A program made the position numbers and the translations under genes. 64,000 nucleotides of DNA, taken from contig DASCPX010000016.1 of assembly GCA_036012755.1 (NCBI GenBank), positions 64,001-128,000 on the forward strand, in the 5' to 3' direction. Shown piece after piece: positions 19,629 to 28,854 of the stretch. Within the stretch, counting starts at the first letter, position 1; every line of letters begins with the position of its first letter. Origin of the DNA: Myxococcota bacterium (GTDB lineage Bacteria > Myxococcota_A > UBA796 > CAJQPC01). Below the pieces are notes generated by a model, which worked only from the letters and a program-made list of their open reading frames with translations, did no database searches and was not told the origin of the DNA.

Positions 19629-21500
19629 GTGCTGCTGCTGTGCGCCTGGCCCGCCCAGGCCGGGGTCAACGCCCAGGCGCTCCAGACCCGCGACGGAGGC
19701 GACTGGATCGCCCTGCGAGAGGCCGAGGCCGGGCCTCCATGGACCGCGGCGCTGGCATACGGCACCCACTACAGCAGGGATCTCGTCGTCTTCATCGATG
19801 CCGACGGCGAGCAGATCCTGCTGGGCCAGGTCTGGACCACCGAGCTCGGCGTGTCCGTGATGTTCGGCGAGCACCTCCGCGTCGGGGCCGCCTTGCCGCG
19901 CCACACCTGGATCGTCTGGAGGGGCGAGCTCTCCGACGAGAAGCGCCTCGGGGACGTGGGCCTCTGGACGACCATCCCCCTGAAGCGGCCATCACAAGAG
20001 AGCCCCCTGGCCCTGGCGTGGACGGTCTCGACCGACTTCGCCACCGGCCCCTCGCACCTCTACCTGGGCGACCCGGGGGGCTCCGTGATGGGTCACCTCG
20101 CGGCCGAGCGGAGCCTCTACGGCCCGCTGTCGATGGCAGCGAACGCCGGGCTCGAGCTCCGCTCCGACACAGAGCTCCCCGGCACCACCTGGGGGAACCG
20201 CTTCGAGTACGGGGTGGGCCTGGCCTCGCACATCGCGGGGCCCTTCCACGTCAACACGGAGCTCTTCGGCTCCACCCCCTTTCGTGGCGAGAGCACCGCC
20301 GCGAACTACCCGGTCGAGGTCCTCGCCGCGGCCCGCTTCGACCTCCCGGCCGACTTCGTGCTCTCGGTCGGAGGTGGCACGGGCCTCACCCGCGGCCTCG
20401 GCAGCCCCAGCGTGCGCGGCTTCGCGATGCTGGACCATCGCCCCCGGCAGCGCCCGGACAGCGACGGCGACGGCCTCGACGACCTTCGTGACCTCTGCCC
20501 GAATGACCCAGAGGACTTCGACGACTGGCAGGACAAGGACGGCTGCCCCGAAGAGGACAACGACGAAGACGGCCTCGTCGATCGAGAGGACAGCTGCCCG
20601 AACGACCCAGAGGTCGAAAACGGCTACCGCGACCTCGACGGCTGCCCGGACCGCCTCGTCACCGTGCGCCTGCGCGTGGTCTCACCGGCGCCAGAGCTGG
20701 AGCAGGCCACCATCAACCTCGGCGAGTTCGCCCCCAGCGGCCTGCTCCCCGGTGAGTGGTTCACCGTCGAGCTGCCGCCGACGACCTTCTCGATGCGGGT
20801 CACAGGAGAGGGGCACCTCCCCTACGAGGGCCTCTTGGAGGTCCCGGACGAGGAGCTCTACGAGCTGGAGATCCCGCTCTCACCCATCCTCTTCGGCGAT
20901 CTGAGCCTGCGCCTGGAGGACCCCTCCGGAGAGCCCCTGGCCGGCTGGCTCCGTGGCATCGAGCAGGGCCTGTTGCCCGTCCCAGCCGAGGGCGCCACCC
21001 TGCGGCTGCAGACCGGTCCCCACGAGCTCCTGCTCGTCGCCCCGAGCCACACGCCGGCGCGGCTCACGGTGGAGGTGGAGCCGGAGAACCCGTGGACCGA
21101 GGTCGTCGTGCTCCAGCCCTCCGGGGTGGCGCTGGAGGACAACCGGATCGTGCTCGACGGCCTCATCGAGTTCGAGCTGGACTCGAGCGTGCTGTTGCCC
21201 GAGTCCGACAGCCTGCTCGACGAGGTCGCGGCGCTGTTGCTGTCCCACCCCGACATCGAGCTCCTTCGGGTCGAAGGCCACGCGGACGAGTCGGGGGACT
21301 CCCGCTACAACCTGGAGCTCTCCCAGGCACGCGCGGAGGCAGTCGTCGCCTACCTCGTCGAGGCAGGAGTGGACGCGGAGCACCTCCAGGCCCTCGGCAC
21401 TGGAGAGGCAGAGCCCCTGTCCGAGGAGTCAAGGTCTCGTCGGGTTTCCTTCACCGTGCTCGTCTGGGACGACGAAGCCGGCCGACCGGAGCTACCGTGA
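19629..21500 (+). CDS. OmpA-family protein: beta-barrel-like N-terminus, thrombospondin type-3 repeats, OmpA C-terminal domain (TraB-like architecture)
   Basis: GTGLTRGLGSP; DSDGDGLDD..DLCP..PED.D..QD.DGCP repeats; VEGHAD...YNLELSQARA. Confidence 0.85.
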   Translation: MLLLCAWPAQAGVNAQALQTRDGGDWIALREAEAGPPWTAALAYGTHYSRDLVVFIDADGEQILLGQVWTTELGVSVMFGEHLRVGAALPRHTWIVWRGELSDEKRLGDVGLWTTIPLKRPSQESPLALAWTVSTDFATGPSHLYLGDPGGSVMGHLAAERSLYGPLSMAANAGLELRSDTELPGTTWGNRFEYGVGLASHIAGPFHVNTELFGSTPFRGESTAANYPVEVLAAARFDLPADFVLSVGGGTGLTRGLGSPSVRGFAMLDHRPRQRPDSDGDGLDDLRDLCPNDPEDFDDWQDKDGCPEEDNDEDGLVDREDSCPNDPEVENGYRDLDGCPDRLVTVRLRVVSPAPELEQATINLGEFAPSGLLPGEWFTVELPPTTFSMRVTGEGHLPYEGLLEVPDEELYELEIPLSPILFGDLSLRLEDPSGEPLAGWLRGIEQGLLPVPAEGATLRLQTGPHELLLVAPSHTPARLTVEVEPENPWTEVVVLQPSGVALEDNRIVLDGLIEFELDSSVLLPESDSLLDEVAALLLSHPDIELLRVEGHADESGDSRYNLELSQARAEAVVAYLVEAGVDAEHLQALGTGEAEPLSEESRSRRVSFTVLVWDDEAGRPELP

Positions 21501-21507
21501 GAGCCCG

Positions 21508-22434
21508 ATGCTCCTGTTGATCGCCTGCACCAAGACCCCGGAGCCTGGCGACAGCTCCGCCGATCTGCCCGATCCGGTGGGCGATCCCGACACCGTCGAG
21601 CTCCTCGGCATGTGTCCCCTGGCCGATCACCTCGGGGGCTTCATCGTCGAGGTCGCTCCCGACACCTCCATCGTCGACGGCCGCGTCCGGGACGGGGTCG
21701 TGCCGATCACCGTACTCACAGAGGTGACGAGGCTCGACGAGTGCGCTCTGTTGCGCCGGGAGAACCCCTACTGCGACCCGGACTGCGAGATCGACGAGGC
21801 CTGCGACCTCGACGAGACCTGCATCCCCTACCCCTCTGACGTGGACCTGGGCACGGTCACCCTCGCTGGCCTCGAAGAAGACCTGCGCATGGAGCCGGTC
21901 ACCCCCGGCTTCCGCTACTTCGACACCTCCCTGTCCCACCCGGCCCTGGCCGGCGGAGAGCTCCTGGAGCTCCACGCCTACGGGGCGCTGGACGAGGTGG
22001 TGCTCCACGGGGTCGGCCCGACACCCCTGGTGGCCGAGCTGGAAGAAGACCTCGTCGTCGTCGAAGGCAGCGCCCTGAGCTTGTCCTGGGAGGGGGACCC
22101 TGGGGGCCGCAGCAGCCTGGCGCTCCAGCTGTCGATCGACCAGCACGGCTCCTCGCCCCTGCGCATCGTCTGCGAGCTGGAGGACGACGGCGCCGGAGAG
22201 GTCCCCGTCGAGCTCGTCGAGGCGCTGCTCGGCGGAGGCGTGACCGGCTACCCCAACGCCACCCTCACCCGCCACACGGCGGACCTCGCAGAGATCGACG
22301 GCGGCTGCGTGGACCTCGAGGTCTCGAGCCCCCTGCCGGTGGGCGTGCGGGTCGAGGGCTACATCCCCTGCACCGACGAGGACGACTGTCCGCCCACCAT
22401 GGACTGCAACACGGAGATCGAGCTTTGTCAGTGA
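21508..22434 (+). CDS. Cys-rich hypothetical lipoprotein
   Basis: MLLLIAC start; CDPDC..DEAC..DETC and C-terminal CTDEDDCP...C motifs. Confidence 0.75.
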   Translation: MLLLIACTKTPEPGDSSADLPDPVGDPDTVELLGMCPLADHLGGFIVEVAPDTSIVDGRVRDGVVPITVLTEVTRLDECALLRRENPYCDPDCEIDEACDLDETCIPYPSDVDLGTVTLAGLEEDLRMEPVTPGFRYFDTSLSHPALAGGELLELHAYGALDEVVLHGVGPTPLVAELEEDLVVVEGSALSLSWEGDPGGRSSLALQLSIDQHGSSPLRIVCELEDDGAGEVPVELVEALLGGGVTGYPNATLTRHTADLAEIDGGCVDLEVSSPLPVGVRVEGYIPCTDEDDCPPTMDCNTEIELCQ

Positions 22435-23846
22435 TCCTCTGGCTCGCCTGCACAGGCAACACCGTGCCCGGAGTCGGCGACTCCAGCGAGAGCGCGCTAC
22501 CCGACAGCGGCGACAGCGGTGACTCGGCGGAGCCCATCGATGTCTGCGAGTCCCTCCCCGAAGGCCCCTACGACGAGCGCCAGCTCAGCGGCTTCACCAA
22601 CTCAGAGGACTTCGCCTTCGGCAACGACGGCCGCATGTACTCGGTGAACTGGAACGGCCACCTCGTCTGGCACACCTACGACGGCGACAGCGACACGGTG
22701 CTCCCCCGCCTCGGCGAGGCCGCCGGCATGGAGATGATGGCTGACGGCTCGCTGGTCATAGCCAACGTCTCCGACGGCACGGTCATCCGGGTGGACACAG
22801 AGGACGGGAGCTCCGAGACCCTGATGTCCGGCATCCCCTACCCCAACGGCATCACCATCGACCAGGACGGCGTGGTCTACGTGAGCGAGCACACCCGCGG
22901 GAACGTGCGGCGCTACGACCCGGAGACCGGCGAGTCCGAGCTCATCGCGCGCGGGCTCTACAACCCCAACGGCATGGCCTTCTCTCCCGACTGGCAGACC
23001 CTCTACGTCAACAGCTTCGGGGGCGGCACGGTCCACGCGATCCGACGTGACGGCGAGGGCTTCGCCGAGCCCGAGCTCTTCGGCTCCGTCCTCGAACAGA
23101 ACAGCGAGGTCTGCGAGGACCGCGACGACGGCGAGGTCTGCGTGGAGGACTACCTCATCGGCGCCTGCGAGGCCGGCCTGTGCGCCACGGAGAGCGACAC
23201 CGACGCCTGCGACGCGCTGGCCGAGGGAGACCCCTGCGTCACCACCCGCGCAGGGGAGTCCTTCGAGTCCATCTGCACCACCACCACAGAGGGCAGCCTC
23301 ACCTGTCCCCAGGTGGACGAGGCCCACCTCGCGGGCTGCATGGGCAAGTCCGTCGACGAGAGCTGCAAGGTCACCGACGGCGGCAACGGCTACTGCTACG
23401 AGACCGGGGACGACGTGCTGTCCTGCCTCGACTACGACGAGTGGGAGCACGACGCCATCGAGGCCTGCCAGGGCCAGTCCTCCGGCGAGCCCTGCCAGGT
23501 CTTCACCCAGGGCTACCCCTACGAAGGAGAGTGCGTCGACTACGGCGTCAACTACTGCCTCGGCGAGGGCTACGGCTCCGGGGGCCTCGACGGCCTCGAC
23601 GTCGACGAGTGCGGAAACGTCTATGTCACCGAGTACATCAAGGGCATCGTGTGGCGCATGGACAGCGAGACCGGCGAAGCCGAGAACATCCTGGAGCTGG
23701 ACTCGAGCTGGATCCCCAACCTCCACTGGGGCAGCGGCGTGGGAGGATGGGAAGAGGACATCCTCTACGTCATGGATCGCGACACAAATGGCATCTACGC
23801 AGTCGAGATCGGCTTGAAGGGCCGCCCCACCGCGGTGCGCCCATGA
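22431..23846 (+). CDS. SMP-30/gluconolactonase-family beta-propeller lipoprotein with Cys-rich insertion
   Basis: SEDF, PNG (twice), FSPD..TLYV, DGLDVDECGNVY; MILWLAC start. Confidence 0.82.
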   Translation: MILWLACTGNTVPGVGDSSESALPDSGDSGDSAEPIDVCESLPEGPYDERQLSGFTNSEDFAFGNDGRMYSVNWNGHLVWHTYDGDSDTVLPRLGEAAGMEMMADGSLVIANVSDGTVIRVDTEDGSSETLMSGIPYPNGITIDQDGVVYVSEHTRGNVRRYDPETGESELIARGLYNPNGMAFSPDWQTLYVNSFGGGTVHAIRRDGEGFAEPELFGSVLEQNSEVCEDRDDGEVCVEDYLIGACEAGLCATESDTDACDALAEGDPCVTTRAGESFESICTTTTEGSLTCPQVDEAHLAGCMGKSVDESCKVTDGGNGYCYETGDDVLSCLDYDEWEHDAIEACQGQSSGEPCQVFTQGYPYEGECVDYGVNYCLGEGYGSGGLDGLDVDECGNVYVTEYIKGIVWRMDSETGEAENILELDSSWIPNLHWGSGVGGWEEDILYVMDRDTNGIYAVEIGLKGRPTAVRP

Positions 23847-25789
23847 TCCTCTGGGCGCTGGTGTCCTGCAACGGCGAGATGCCGGACGAGGGCTGGGAGT
23901 GCATCCACAGCGGTGACGAGCGCCCGGCGTTCCTTCAGCAGCTGGGCTGCGAGGCGGACTTCGACGCCCTCGCCGCCGCCCCGCTCGACGCCTCGATCCC
24001 GGGAGCCCGGAGCACCAAGACCGTCGTCGATCGGGCAGACGACGACTCGCTCTACTTCCAGGACTCGGAGCGCTACCAGATCCACTGGGAGTTCGCCTTC
24101 GAGCACCTCTCCGGGGACGGGCTGCCCATCGTCGACGAGCTCGGGGCCTTCAACGAGACCGAGTACACCTCGCCAGAGCGCCGCTTCGTGCTCGGAGCCC
24201 TGACCATCTACGAGGAGCCGAACGTGTGGGCGTGGGAGGTCAGCCCCTACGACACGGCCACGGCGGACATGATCACGCTGGCCTACCGCAAGATCCGCGA
24301 CAACAGCTGGATCGGAGAGGAGCTCTACTTCCACCCGACCAGCGAGAGCGTCGCAGAGGTGGCAGAGGACCTGCCCTCCGACGTGAAGGTCATCACCACC
24401 GAAGAGCTCTTCGCGGGCATCACCTACCAGCCCCTGAACCTCGGCACCTCGATGGGCAAGTTGCGCTTCTACGAGGACCCGGAGGAGGAGATCCCGAACT
24501 TCCGCGAGATCGTCGTGCTGCCCGCGGTCCCCAACGACATGCCCGTGGTGATGGGCATCGTCACCGACGCCTTCCAGACACCGCTTGCCCACATCAACGT
24601 CCTGTCCCAGAACCGCGGCACGCCCAACATGGCGCTCATCGGCGCCTGGCAGCACCCGGAGCTCCGCGCGCTGGAGGACCTCTGGGTCGAGCTCACGGTC
24701 GAGGCCCACGACTGGTCCGTCCGCGAGGTCACCCAGGAAGAGGCCGACGCCTGGTGGGAGGGCTTCCGTCCGGAGCCCCTCGACGTGACGTCGATGGACC
24801 TCTCGATCCAGGAGATCCTGCCCATCGAAGAGGTGGTGGACCTGGAGCTGGGCCTCGTGCCAGCGCTGGACGCCGCCGTGCCGGCCTTCGGGGGAAAGGC
24901 GAGCCACTTCGCGGTGATGTCCCACTCCCCAGATGCCATCCCGATGCCGACAGCCTCTGCGATGCCGGTCTACTTCTACGACCGCTTCATGGAGGAAAAT
25001 GGCTTCTGGGACGAGGTCGACGAGATGATGGCGGATCCCGACTTCACCGGGGACGCCCTGACCCGGGACGGACGCCTGCGACGCCTGCGCAGCGACATGC
25101 GCCGGGCCCCGATCGACGAGGAGTTCCTCGCCGAGCTCGAGGCCTACGTGAGGGAGAACCACTCCGGCCACCGGGTGCGCTTCCGGTCCTCGACCAACGC
25201 AGAGGACGTCTCTGGCTTCAACGGCGCCGGCCTCTACACCTCCCAGAGCGGTGATCCCGACGACCCGGAGCGCCCCATCGAGGACGCCCTGCGAGAGGTC
25301 TGGGCGAGCTGCTGGTCCTTCCGCGCCTACGAAGAGCGCAGCTACTACGGCATCGACCACACGGACATCGGCATGGCCGTGTTGATGCACCGCAGCTTCC
25401 CCTCAGAGGACGCCAACGGGGTCGCGATCACCGCCAACATCTTCGACACCTCCGGGCTCGAGCCCGCTTTCTACGTGAACGTGCAGTACGGGGACAACTC
25501 GGTCGTGCTGCCGGACGAGGGCGTCACGACCGACCGCTACCTCCACTACTTCGACAACGTCGGCCAGCCGGTGGTCTACCTGGGTCACAGCAACCTGGTG
25601 CCGGACGGAGAGAACGTGCTGACCGAGACCCAGATCAAGGAGCTGAGCTTCGGCCTCGACGCGATCCACGACGTCTTCTACGACGCCTACGGGCACGAAT
25701 CCTTCTACGGAATGGACGTGGAGTTCAAGTTCGACCAGGGCGATCTGTACATCAAGCAGGCGCGGCCCTACCCGGGGCGTGGCGAGTGA
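23843..25789 (+). CDS. Lipoprotein with PEP-synthase/PPDK nucleotide-binding (ATP-grasp) domain
   Basis: FGGKA, RFRSSTNAED..GFNGAGLYTS, VWAS, MAVL, DVEFKF..LYIKQARP; MILWALVSC start. Confidence 0.85.
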   Translation: MILWALVSCNGEMPDEGWECIHSGDERPAFLQQLGCEADFDALAAAPLDASIPGARSTKTVVDRADDDSLYFQDSERYQIHWEFAFEHLSGDGLPIVDELGAFNETEYTSPERRFVLGALTIYEEPNVWAWEVSPYDTATADMITLAYRKIRDNSWIGEELYFHPTSESVAEVAEDLPSDVKVITTEELFAGITYQPLNLGTSMGKLRFYEDPEEEIPNFREIVVLPAVPNDMPVVMGIVTDAFQTPLAHINVLSQNRGTPNMALIGAWQHPELRALEDLWVELTVEAHDWSVREVTQEEADAWWEGFRPEPLDVTSMDLSIQEILPIEEVVDLELGLVPALDAAVPAFGGKASHFAVMSHSPDAIPMPTASAMPVYFYDRFMEENGFWDEVDEMMADPDFTGDALTRDGRLRRLRSDMRRAPIDEEFLAELEAYVRENHSGHRVRFRSSTNAEDVSGFNGAGLYTSQSGDPDDPERPIEDALREVWASCWSFRAYEERSYYGIDHTDIGMAVLMHRSFPSEDANGVAITANIFDTSGLEPAFYVNVQYGDNSVVLPDEGVTTDRYLHYFDNVGQPVVYLGHSNLVPDGENVLTETQIKELSFGLDAIHDVFYDAYGHESFYGMDVEFKFDQGDLYIKQARPYPGRGE

Positions 25790-26277
25790 TCTGGCTGCTG
25801 GCGTGCAACGGGGTTCCAGACGACACGGACTCCCAGGAAAGTGATCCACAGGTTGTGGACAGCTCTGTGGACCCGCCGTTTTTGGCCGATCACCTCGTGA
25901 TCAACGAGCTCGTCTCCCTGGGGACCGGGGGAGACTGGGTGGAGTTGTTCAACCCGACCAGCGAGGAGATCGATCTCTCGACCTGGGAGATCACAGACGA
26001 CGCAGAGAACGACGTGTTGGCCTGGCGCCTGCCAGAGGACATCTCCATCGCAGCGGGGGGCTACTTCCTCATCTGGTGCGACAACGGCGCGGACGGACTC
26101 CACACGGACTTCCAGCTCTCCCAGGGCGAACACATCACGATCTATTCCGAGCTGGGCCTGCGCGTAGACGAGGTAGAGGTCCCCTCGCTCATCGTCGACC
26201 AGGCAGCTGCGCGCATCCCAGACGGCTGGAGCACCTGGGAGGCCCAGGACCCCACCCCCGAAGCCAGCAACGAGTAG
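25786..26277 (+). CDS. Lamin-tail-domain lipoprotein
   Basis: LVINEL...DWVELFNP...DLS.W.ITD, ARIPDG, PTP...N; MIWLLAC start. Confidence 0.85.
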   Translation: MIWLLACNGVPDDTDSQESDPQVVDSSVDPPFLADHLVINELVSLGTGGDWVELFNPTSEEIDLSTWEITDDAENDVLAWRLPEDISIAAGGYFLIWCDNGADGLHTDFQLSQGEHITIYSELGLRVDEVEVPSLIVDQAAARIPDGWSTWEAQDPTPEASNE

Positions 26278-26282
26278 CCATC

Positions 26283-26735
26283 TTGGAACCAAACAACGCC
26301 CTCGTCCTGGGTGGCGCCCTCGGAGCCCTGGTCGGCTGCGGCGTCTGCGCCGCCATCGCCATCCCGAACTTCGTCCAAATGCAATACCGAGCCAAGCGCG
26401 CGGAGGTGCCGGCGAACATCGCCGGGCTCATGACCGCCGAGTTGGCCTTCGACGCCGCCTTCGACGAGTGGGTCTTTTGCCCCGAGCCCTTCCCCAGGCC
26501 GATCGAGGCCCTTGGCCGCGACGCGGTCGAGTGGCCCGCAGGGTCCTGCTATGACGAGCTCGGCTGGGCGCCTGACGGACAGGTCCGGGGCACCTACTGG
26601 GTCGAGGAGAGACAGGAGGACTGGGGCTTCGTGGTCCACGGCATGATCGACCTCGACCGAGACGGCGTCCCAGCCCACTACACGGCTACGAAGTCGATGA
26701 ACGCCACGATGCTGACGCCCACGGACGTCTATTGA
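26283..26735 (+). CDS. Type IV pilin-like protein (no prepilin cleavage site)
   Basis: AAIAIPNFVQMQYRAKRAE..N, LGWAPDG.VRG.Y, DLDRDG. Confidence 0.7.
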   Translation: MEPNNALVLGGALGALVGCGVCAAIAIPNFVQMQYRAKRAEVPANIAGLMTAELAFDAAFDEWVFCPEPFPRPIEALGRDAVEWPAGSCYDELGWAPDGQVRGTYWVEERQEDWGFVVHGMIDLDRDGVPAHYTATKSMNATMLTPTDVY

Positions 26736-27081
26736 CCGGCCTCGCGGTGGACCTGCAGGTCTGGCTCGACGGCAAGATCGACTGAGCGGCCGGAACTGTG
26801 ACAGGCTCTCGGCCATGTCTTGGAAGACCCTCGCCATCCTCTCCGCCGGCCCGGCCGCAGGCTCGCTGATCCACAACCTCCTGCCCGTCTCCGACGCCAA
26901 CGCGATGACCGCCGATGGCCAGTGCTGGGTAGAGACCCGAAACGACGCTAAGAAGTTCGAAGACGGCGTCAACGTGAAGGTCGGCGAGGGCTTCAAGAAC
27001 ATCGAGTACCAGTACACCGTCTACCAGGTCAACGGGCAGGTCTTGCAAGCGAGGAGGATGAATCAACGTCGTTGGTTCACC

Positions 27082-27660
27082 TCAGAACTGGTAGAGCGCT
27101 TCCAGCCCGAACTGTGTACCCCAGAACAACACCTCGGTGAAGTCGTCCTCGTAGAAGGGCGCCAGCAGCATCGCTCTTGCGCTGGCACGCACGCCGATGA
27201 CCTCCTTCTTCACCTGGAGGTCGACCCCCCCGACGAAGGCGCTGTCGACCTCGAGGAGGCGCTCGTGGTTCGGGGTGAAGTTGGGGGTGAGATCCGCGCT
27301 CCACGCCACAGAGGGCCCGGCCCGCAACAGCACGTCCCAGCTCAGGCTCTTCGGCTGCTTGTGGGGAATCCGGAAGCCCGGCAGCACGTAGATGCCGTGC
27401 CGGAGCCGGAAGTACTCGCTGGGCGAGAGGTCCTTCTCCAGGGCGTGCTCGTCGGTGAGCAGCGCCGGAGAGAAGAAGGCGCCGAGGTCGACATAGATCG
27501 AGCGCGTCATGCGGGAGTCGAAGCCCAGCATGAAGCCGGAGCTGCGGGGGCCCTTCACCATGGAGTAGCCGGCGTGGATCTTCACCTCGGGGTCCAGGGC
27601 CGGACGAGCGGCGTCTGCCGGGGCGACCAGGAAACCGACGATGAACAACAAGAGCGACAT
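27082..27660 (-). CDS. Hypothetical outer-membrane beta-barrel protein
   Basis: GGAGGGAG SD, signal peptide, alternating beta-strands, C-terminal YQF. Confidence 0.7.
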   Translation of the reverse strand: MSLLLFIVGFLVAPADAARPALDPEVKIHAGYSMVKGPRSSGFMLGFDSRMTRSIYVDLGAFFSPALLTDEHALEKDLSPSEYFRLRHGIYVLPGFRIPHKQPKSLSWDVLLRAGPSVAWSADLTPNFTPNHERLLEVDSAFVGGVDLQVKKEVIGVRASARAMLLAPFYEDDFTEVLFWGTQFGLEALYQF

Positions 27661-27714
27661 GCTCTCCCTCCGGGCGACTTTGTGGGCTTGGGGTGGGCGT
27701 GAGCCCTGGCAGAG

Positions 27715-28854
27715 TTAGCCCTCGAAGAGGTGGCCGGCCACCGCGAGGAGCCCGTGAAGATCGTGGACCTCGTGCTCCAGCCGCGGGACCTCGACGAGCA
27801 CGCCGCCGGCGATCGGGCTGACCCGGCTGATCAGCTCGCCCTCCGTGCCCGCCTGCTGCCGTAGCCTCCCGTGAGCCGCCCCCAGGCGAGCGACCAGGCT
27901 CGCTGCCGTGCGTGGCTCGAGGTCGCTCGCGAGCTCCCGCGCGGCCTCGCCGAGCAGCACCCCCGCCTCGAGCGCCCCAGCGGCGCTGACGTGGACCTGG
28001 TTCACGATGAGCCCTCCGCGCGGGTAGTCGTGCTTCCTCAGCTCCTCGGCGAAGAAGCCGGCCACCTCGACGCTGGGCTCCGTCGGAGCGCAGACCGTGA
28101 GGAAGCGCGTGTCGTTGCTGCGGAACAGATCCAGGACGCGCTCGTGACGTTCCCGAAAGCCATCGACCATGTCCTTGAAGAGCTGCAGGAACTCTGCGAG
28201 ATCACCCAGGAATTCACTGCCGAAGACATAGCCGAGCAATCGCCAGACGATGGCTCCGGTGCCATGCACGACGCTCGAGAGCAACCCCGTGCTGGGGGGC
28301 AGCAGGAACCAGTCGATGACCTGCCGGTCCATGAAGCGCGAGAGCCGGCCCGGGGCCTCGAAGAAGTCCAGCGCGTTCTTCACCGGGGGCGTGTCCAGCA
28401 CGACGAGGTCATAGTTGCCGCTTACCACCACGTCGTGGAGCTTCTCCGCCGCCATGTACTCCTGGCTGCCGGCGAAGGTGTCGCTCATCGTCTGGTAGAT
28501 GGGGTTCGCCAGGATGCGCCTGGCGGTGGCCTCGTCGGGGGCGGTGCTGCGAATGAGCTGGTCGAAGGTGGTGCGCGTGTCGAGCATCATCGCGTACAGC
28601 TCGCCGCCCTCAGAGAAGTCCAACTCACTGAGATCGATGCGCTTCTCAGCGTTTCCGAACTCCGACAGACCCAAGCTGTTGGCCAGCCGCCGCGCCGGGT
28701 CGATCGTCAGGACCAGGACCTTGCGGCCCTGCTTCGCCCCCCAGAGCGCGATGGTCGCTGCGACTGTCGTCTTGCCCACACCCCCGCTGCCCACACAGAC
28801 GATGAGAGTGCGTTCACCAACGACGGTGTCGAGGGTCTGGCGGGCTCCGTTCAC
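27715..28854 (-). CDS. ArsA/GET3-family ATPase
   Basis: GSGGVGKTT, TIDPARRLA, GSQEYMA, DLVVLDTPP. Confidence 0.9.
   Translation of the reverse strand: MNGARQTLDTVVGERTLIVCVGSGGVGKTTVAATIALWGAKQGRKVLVLTIDPARRLANSLGLSEFGNAEKRIDLSELDFSEGGELYAMMLDTRTTFDQLIRSTAPDEATARRILANPIYQTMSDTFAGSQEYMAAEKLHDVVVSGNYDLVVLDTPPVKNALDFFEAPGRLSRFMDRQVIDWFLLPPSTGLLSSVVHGTGAIVWRLLGYVFGSEFLGDLAEFLQLFKDMVDGFRERHERVLDLFRSNDTRFLTVCAPTEPSVEVAGFFAEELRKHDYPRGGLIVNQVHVSAAGALEAGVLLGEAARELASDLEPRTAASLVARLGAAHGRLRQQAGTEGELISRVSPIAGGVLVEVPRLEHEVHDLHGLLAVAGHLFEG

Noticed and set aside
26815..27702. 295-aa plus-strand ORF as an intact gene
   Set aside because: About two thirds is antisense to the 27082-27660 gene; only the first 80 or so codons look coding
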